From Octopus vulgaris (Eukaryota): a DNA stretch of 64,000 nucleotides. The notes below the pieces were generated by a model that was not told the DNA's origin, made no database searches, and was given only the letters and a program-made list of their open reading frames with translations. Every line of letters begins with the position of its first letter. Position 1 is the first letter of the stretch. The stretch lies in the NCBI GenBank assembly GCA_951406725.2, contig OX597820.1, positions 59,830,001 to 59,894,000 of the forward strand, read 5' to 3'. Shown here one piece after another: positions 56,323 to 64,000 of this stretch. The translations under genes and the position numbers were made by a program.

Positions 56323-56614
56323 CAGTGGGGGGTACTTGCTTGTGTGCATGTCTGTATGAAAATTTACATAGAAACATACACACCTAGACCTCTTCACTGA
56401 TGGACATCATCTTGCAACGTCGACTTTCGGTTTCAAACACTGTATTGAACCTAGAAGCTGCAAAGCTGCTCTTCAGATGAAACATGTAACAAATTGTAAG
56501 TGAATATGCATGTGTGTATATATAAGACCTTTCCATTTTTCCAGAGCGCCAAACTAATGCACTTGCTTGTTGTTCCTACACCAATCTTCGTCTTTGTTTT
56601 TCTATAAATTTGAA

Positions 56615-56664
<50 letters not shown>

Positions 56665-56834
56665 ATATATGTAAATATGTGTGTGTGTTTATATATCTAT
56701 ATATATGCATATATATGTATGTATGTATCTATATATATATATATATACACTTCTACTATTGCTCATGTTGGAGCGAGAGTAATAGTAGGCATAGAGGCCG
56801 GTGAGGGTGGTGACGAAGATAGAGAGAGAAAGAG

Positions 56835-56905
<71 letters not shown>

Positions 56906-57651
56906 AATAAAGGAAAAGAGAGGGAGAGACAAAGAAATTTAGGGAGAGTTGATGTTTTATTAAAAGTAGTAGTGTTGATAGTGGCATTGGGAGTAATAAT
57001 AAGAGAGAGGGAGAGAGAAAAAACAGTGTGTATATGAAAGAAAGAGGGACTGAACACTGAACTATCATGCTTAACATTGAATTATTTTACACACACATTT
57101 AGCCTTTTTGTGATGGTAATGGGGTGATAGTAATAGTCTGTGCTGTAGTTGTGATAGAGGCAGAGGCGGCGGTGATGATGGTGATGGAGGTGGAGTCGGT
57201 GGTGGTGGTAGCCGAGGCGCTCAGGGATGACGGTGAGAGTAAGAGATGTGAAAAACAGTGGTAATGGTTGTGGAGGGGAAGGCGGCAAAGTCAAAGGTAT
57301 TGATGGTGGTGGCGTCAGAGGTCTGAATGGTGTGTGTACGGTAGATGTGGTGGCAATGGCGTTGGTACTATTGTTTATCATGCAGCTTTGCAATAAGTTC
57401 CAAGTCGACAAATTATATCACTGTTTTGATGAAAAGTGTTCATTGCTTGAAAATTATTGTTCAAGTTTAATAAAACTTAATATGTACCCAATGCATGAAG
57501 TGTCATTGTTGGGCCCAATGCCTAATAAAGATCCCTCCACAGGAGCTAACTTAACAGCCTAAAATCTAGTATATATATATGCACACATACATAATATATG
57601 TATACACACACACATACACACATGTATACACACAAACATACACATACACAC

Positions 57652-57704
<53 letters not shown>

Positions 57705-57935
57705 TATGTACATAAAACAAATCAAAATGAGATATGAATGTAATGAGAGACAGGCACAGACAGAAACAAGGAAAATGCCCCTAAGCATTTGAATACTAAG
57801 CAAATATTCTTTCCATTTAATTTTTCCAAAATTTAATTATTTTCCATATTTACAGTTGAAAAAGTCTCAATGACCGAAACCGGTACTAAAATGTTTTTTA
57901 TAAAATGATTTTAACATTTACTACCTTGACTTTTT

Positions 57936-58003
<68 letters not shown>

Positions 58004-58266
58004 TAGCTACGTTAGAGGTTAAAATAACCGTCTAATGGATAGAAGTATCCATTATACTACCGGTATATTACCTATGTTTAACCATGGGCATACATATGCA
58101 AGCATATTATGCTCATGAATTATAGGTAAAGAAGAGGATAACAATGAATTTATCAAGAATCAAAATTTAAAGAAAACAGAAAATGAAGAAATATTGATGA
58201 ACAACAATTGACTTGCATCAATTTTTTTTATTTATTAATTATTTGAATTAATAAATAATATATATA

Positions 58267-58491
58267 CTTTATTTAAAAGCAGCAGAAATAATATAACAAA
58301 AGCTGTTACTCAACTTTCACGTTCCTGTTCGTCAGATAATTTTGTTAAAACTGTCCGACAAACAGGAACGTGAAACTCTGAGTAACAGCTTTTGTTATAT
58401 TTCTGCTGCTTTTAAATAAAGCACATTACTCTACCTCTGGTATTTGAGTACTCCTTTTTTCCACCTTGTTTCACATTTATGTGCTTACTCC

Positions 58492-58493
<2 letters not shown>
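58267..58493 (+). mobile_element. family H2 element, short and older copy with an inverted pair of degenerate hammerheads
   Basis: Imperfect palindrome at 58267-58421, then the tail attactctacc...ttactccgg and (TA)n. Confidence 0.8.
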
Positions 58494-58542
<49 letters not shown>

Positions 58543-58790
58543 TATATATATGTATTATATATATGTATTATATATATGTATTATATATGTATATATATAT
58601 ATAAATATATATATATATATGTATTATATATATGTATACACACACACACGCGCGCGCGCGCATATATTACGTATGTATATACTTATATAATAATATATCA
58701 CATATATAAATTTATATGATACACACACACACATGCATATATATATATATATATATACTTTATTTTAAGCAGCAGAAAATTCAACAAAAT

Positions 58791-58828
58791 CTGTTACTCT
58801 GAGTTTCTCGTTGCCGTTCATCAGACAG
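58791..58828 (-). ncRNA. minimal type I hammerhead ribozyme motif (left arm of the palindrome)
   Basis: Exact mirror of 59453-59490. Confidence 0.75.
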
Positions 58829-59452
58829 TTTTTGCTAGAATGGAACATATATATTAATTCAATCTATACTCTTACAAACGCTACACCTTTAAAAAGAAAT
58901 GGACTTGTTTGATTGGCCCTTTAGAAAAAACGGTCAATCTTCGAGCGATAAACAAAAAGGTCAAAAATATATGTATATATATATAAAAAACTTATAAAAA
59001 TTATAAAATCCGAGGAAAAAACCGAGGAAAAAACCTATTGCCGTTAATGAAGACAGTACAAATTAATGCATAGAAATTAAACCTGTTATAAATACTGCAA
59101 TACATATAAATATGTATTGCAGTATTTATAACAGGTTTAATTAAACCTGTTATAAATACTGCAATACATATAAATATGTATTGCAGTATTTATAACAGGT
59201 TTAATTTCTATGCATTAATTTGTACTGTCTTCATTAACGGCAATAGGTTTTTTCCTCGGTTTTTTCCTCGGATTTTATAATTTTTATAAGTTTTTTATAT
59301 ATATATACATATATTTTTGACCTTTTTGTTTATCGCTCGAAGATTGACCGTTTTTTCTAAAGGGCCAATCAAACAAGTCCATTTCTTTTTAAAGGTGTAG
59401 CGTTTGTAAGAGTATAGATTGAATTAATATATATGTTCCATTCTAGCAAAAA

Positions 59453-59490
59453 CTGTCTGATGAACGGCAACGAGAAACTCAGAGTAACAG
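59453..59490 (+). ncRNA. minimal type I hammerhead ribozyme motif (right arm)
   Basis: CUGU-CUGAUGA-aCG-GCAA-CGa-GAA-ACUCAGAGU-A-ACAG. Stem I can extend with aaaa/tttt, and stem II is short. Confidence 0.75.
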
Positions 59491-59594
59491 ATTTTGTTGA
59501 ATTTTCTGCTGCTTAAAATAAAGCATATTACTCTACCACTGGTATTTGAGTACTCTTTTTTCCACCTTGTTTCACATTTATGTGTTTACTCCGG

Positions 59595-59628
<34 letters not shown>

Positions 59629-60140
59629 CACACAAAGACATATACATATATATTCATACACATGTATAAAAAATATTTATTTGTACACATATATGCATAT
59701 AAACGTGTATATGTATATGTATATTTGTACACACACATACACACATCCACTAACACTTCACTCCTATTCATCTCTCTTCATTATTGTTTTTTGTATATTT
59801 AAGATAAAAATCTATTTTTGCATTTTATTTTCTTGTTTATTTTACCTCCTCCTCCCTTCCCACCGTATACCACATTTGTCGCGCTCTCCTCATCCTACCA
59901 TTTCTCGTACTTCTTCTCTCTCACAACTCTCTCTCATTTTGTCTTTGTCTATACATACACAGCAAACACATACGTACGCACACATATTCTCTCTCTCTCA
60001 CGCACACACACACACACGCACAGATACACTCATACATGCGCACACATAAGTGGATCGAAAACACGCTCTCACACATGTATGTACATGTCTATGTGAATGT
60101 GCGTGCGTATGTTTGTATGTGTGTGTGTTTGTAGATATAC

Positions 60141-60172
<32 letters not shown>

Positions 60173-60984
60173 CTTGTGTATGTATGTGTGTCTATGTGAG
60201 TGTATGATGGGTTTGTATATGTAATATAGCCAATCTCATTCTTTCTCTGCTTCTTTCCCTCTTTCTAACTCCATTTTTTCATTTCTTTTTCTTCTTCCAG
60301 TCTCTCTCTCTTTCTTACTCTATTCTTTCTTTCCTCACATGAAACTTGGGTGGTCTGTTTCTATCTGAAACAACATATCACGGTTCTTCACACTCTTGTT
60401 AAACTACAATAACAACAGTATGTACCGCCATTTTACCCCAGTGTCGTCTGCTCTATCAGTTTGCAACTAACACTCAAAAATAGATTGCACATTTCTACAC
60501 ACAAACCCGTTACTGTGTAAATTTACGAAGAACGTGTAGGGAAGGGAAGTTATTAAATAATGATAAGGGCCACTTAACCTTTTTATGCTTCCTATATTTA
60601 TTGTAGGAAGCAAGTGAAAGGACGAAAGGACTATCTACATACGGCATGATACTTAATCTTTCAAAAAAGCAGTCTAAGAAAAAATCATCCTGGAAAAATC
60701 TAAGGAGAAATTTATAAAATTACAATATTCCCTAATTATATATAAACGATATTAAAAGTACTGATGTTGAATATATTTCGAGGAGTTATAAATACAAAGT
60801 CTAATTCCCAGCAACTTGTTTTTGGCCAGATGTTCATTCTTTTAATTAACCCCACCCCTGTGTGTCTGTCTATCTGTCTCTGTCTCTGTATCTCTGTCTC
60901 TCTCTTTCTCTCTCCCTCTCTCTCTCTCTCTCTTTCTCCGCCTTCCTCTTTGTCTCTGTGTTTCATTTATTTTTAACCCTTACC

Positions 60985-61335
60985 TTTTACTTGTTAAGAT
61001 CATTGGATTGCGGCCAAGTTGGGGCACCACCCTGAAAGGGTTTGGTCGAACTAATCAACACTGGTATTTACCATTTTTTTTAAAGTTTGGCATTTATTCT
61101 ATCGGTCTCCTTTCTGGAACCGCTAAGTTACGGGGATGTAAACAAATCAGTACTGGTTAATTGTCAAGCAGTGTGGTCACACACAAACATGCACTCGTAT
61201 TCATTTATACGACAGATTCCATTCAGAGGTCGGCCATGGCCGGCCGGGAGCAATAATAGAAGACATTTGCCCAATGTGTCGTGAATGAGAATGAACCCAA
61301 AACCACGTGGTTGCAAAGCGAACTTCTTAACCACG
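60985..61335 (-). mobile_element. SINE family A, degenerate
   Basis: Reverse consensus match. Confidence 0.7.
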
Positions 61336-61358
61336 CTTTTCAGTCGATATATATATTT

Positions 61359-61630
61359 CTTTACTACCCACAAGGGGCTAAACACAGAGGAGACAAACAA
61401 GGACAGACAAATGGATTAAGTTGATTATATCGACCCCAGTGCGTAACTGGTACTTAATTTATCGACCCCGGAAGGATGAAAGGCAAAGTCGACCTCGGCG
61501 GAATTTGAACTCGGAACGTAACGGCAGACGAAATACGGCAACGCATTTCGCCCGGTGGTGGAGGGGAAGGCGGTGAAGTCAAAGGTATTGATGGTGGTGG
61601 CGTGCTAACGTTTCTGCCAGCTCGCCGCCT
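61359..61630 (-). mobile_element. SINE family B with a 22-bp TSD and a 45-bp foreign insert
   Basis: TSD ttttcagtcgatatatatattt at 61337-61358 and 61631-61652. Confidence 0.9.
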
Positions 61631-61679
61631 TTTTCAGTCGATATATATATTTATTTCTCTTTCTATCATTCTTTCTTTC

Positions 61680-62056
61680 TCGTCAGTACACCGGGTGAAA
61701 TGCTTAGTGGTATTTTGTCTGCCGTTACGTTCTGAGTTCAAATTCCGCCGAGGTCGACTTTGCCTTTCATCCTTTTGGGGTCGATAAATTAAGTACCAGT
61801 TACGCAGTGGGGTCGATATAATCGACTTAATCTGTTTGTCTGTCTTTTGTTTGTCCTCTCTGTTTTTAGCCGCTTGTGGGTAGTAAAGAAATAGGTATTT
61901 TGTCTGCCGTTACGTTCTGCGTTCAAATTCCGCCGAGGTCGACTTTACCTTTCATTCTTTCGGGGTCGATTAAATAAGTACCTGCTACGCACTAGGGTCG
62001 ATGTCATCGACTTAATACCTTCCCCAAGCTGCTCTTGTGGCAAAAATTTGAAATCG
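61680..62056 (+). mobile_element. SINE family B, dimer-like
   Basis: Same two-block structure as 14135-14518. Confidence 0.8.
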
Positions 62057-62160
62057 TTCTTTCTTTCTGTATTTCTCTCTGTCTATATTTCCATTTCTCC
62101 CCACTCTTTCTCCTTCTCTATCTGTCTGTCTGTCTATCAGTCTGTCTGTCTGTCTATCTG

Positions 62161-62313
<153 letters not shown>

Positions 62314-63299
62314 TAGTTTAGCTGTCAAAGGTATCCGATACTAAGTTTTCAGAACTAGGTCTCTGATTCTAGTCATTATCTTTCAATGAAATTTATTTCG
62401 TGCAAACAGTCAAATTAACCCAGTAGTAAAAGTTAAAGGTTGTTTAGATTTCTGAGTATCTAATTTAATAATTCACAACCTCAAGATTGGATTTTATCTG
62501 TAGTTTTAAAAAAGTCAGTGATAAACAAATTTTCCACTCAAGGGAAAATGCATCGTCCAATTGTTTTATTAATCAACGACGATCAAAACTTAACACAGGA
62601 ACGCACCTTTTTGACCGAGGCATACCGACATGTTGGCTTATCTTGAACTTCGCAATTAACACACAAACGGGAGTCCGAATAAGGCTATCAGGTCCTTCCC
62701 CTTACAGCAACGTGTCATCATAACTTCACCCTTAACGACCCGAGCTGAAATTATCATCTCATTGGATGTATCTTAAAGATATATTACTCACATCTAGAGG
62801 GTCTTCTCTTCGTTAAAACGCTTAAAGGACGCATCAACTGTCTCTTACCGTTGTCATTGCAGCTGTTGTTGCTGTGGCTGTTATTTAGACGAAGTCATAC
62901 ACGATCAAGCAGAACTGTGACTATGATGAAAGGCATTCCAACTTTTACCATTTCGTCTTTTGGAGGATTAGTTGTCTTAGAGGACTATATTTAGTATGTG
63001 ATTTCCTTCTAAGACGGTTGGGTGTAATGTGAGGGAGAAATGGCTGTTATTTATCGCAGGTCCATTTGTCGCGAAAAGTCTCCGTCATTGAGTCGATTTA
63101 CAAGCTGTTGTGTTGTACATTTTTTTTTCCAAGCTGGAATTCTCCGAGTTCAATGAATCTAGTGACATTGTTTAATTGATAAGAGAGGGAGAAAGATAGA
63201 AGTAGTGTGACTAAGAGAGAGAAAAAATGCGACAAGAGAGACAGAATGAGACAGAAGAGAGAAAAAGAAAGAATGAGTGAAAGGAGAGAGAGAGTGAGC

Positions 63300-63972
63300 G
63301 GGGAAGAAGACCATTTTCGTTGTGTAACGTGAGTCGTTTCGCTTTCCTGGAAGCCTTCTGACAAATTCTCGCTTATTAGAAAGCGTAACGACCCACATTA
63401 CACAACGAAAACAGTGAAGTTTGGGGGTAAGAGTCTGATGCTTTGGGGATACATAAAAAGTGATGGTTCAAGAAAGTTGGTTAACATTGCAGGTAACTTG
63501 AATAGTGCCAAATACAACTAGTTGCTGAAGGACAATTTAATACTAGACTTGGATGAAGATGAAATTTTTCAGTATGACGGAGATCCATCCCTGCCACAGA
63601 TCGTGTACAACACAACAGAGTCTGGCTGATGAAAGTGTTCAGAACCCTGACTTAAATATCATCGAGCAAATGTGGACAGGACTAAAGAGGAGTTCGTCGG
63701 GAGAATCCACGCAATCTTGAAGAGTTGTGGGAGCTCAGCCACAGAGAATGGAATATCATACCTGTGAAGATGGTGAAGGATTTGTTCGCATCTCTTCCCA
63801 GGCGCATTGAAGCAATTGTTCAATCTGAGGGAAGCAATACGAAATATTAACAATGTACAGTACTTGAAATGAACATTACGTAATAAATTTTCATTATAGA
63901 CATTTTTTTCTATTTCAAAACACTATATCTTGATTGGTTTATGTAAGGTGGCTGAAAACATTTACACGGTCA
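63300..63972 (+). mobile_element. Tc1 (DD34E-type) transposase relic, 3' part
   Basis: KTVKFGGKSLMLWGYI...GNLNSAKY...IFQYDG...PDLNIIEQMW, with stops and a deletion. Confidence 0.8.
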
Positions 63973-64000
63973 TTTTTAGTGGTTGTCTCGCATCTTCCCA

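Larger units (their letters stand above)
58758..59594 (+). mobile_element. family H2 element: a 766-bp palindrome (58758-59523) plus a unique 3' tail, within (TA)n
   Basis: Symmetry centre at 59140/59141 (acaggtttaa|ttaaacctgt). The tail is shared with 58422-58493. Confidence 0.9.

Noticed and set aside
56390-56505. ctgatgg...gatgaaac...gtaagtgaa, a hammerhead-like string; similar weak cases at about 23380, 48530 and 54250
   Set aside because: Core mismatches plus poor or very long stems leave them indistinguishable from chance by eye.

Overview
AT-rich, gene-poor animal genomic DNA, saturated with microsatellites ((TA)n, (CA)n, (TACA)n, (TAGA)n, (GTA)n, (GGT)n, (TTTC)n) and transposable elements. 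The SINE families and the mollusc-like 5S sequence suggest an octopus or other cephalopod, which is an inference. I found no host protein-coding exon, and almost all listed ORFs are microsatellite or SINE artefacts. Recognisable parts are three abundant tRNA-type SINE families; a full-length decayed DD34D mariner; two DD37D (maT) relics; a Tc1 relic; MITEs; a young CR1-type LINE 3' fragment; older RTE, Jockey/I-like and CR1 relics; two R4/Dong-like 3' ends abutting (TACA)n; a probable non-autonomous Helitron; and a 5S rRNA pseudogene. The most notable signal is a set of minimal type I hammerhead ribozyme motifs of the Penelope-like-element kind, from several unrelated families. They sit in short non-coding elements lodged in (TA)n tracts, and several carry fold-back inverted duplications, including a 766-bp spacerless palindrome with a ribozyme in each arm. 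Coordinates were read by eye, so the boundaries of degenerate elements are approximate.
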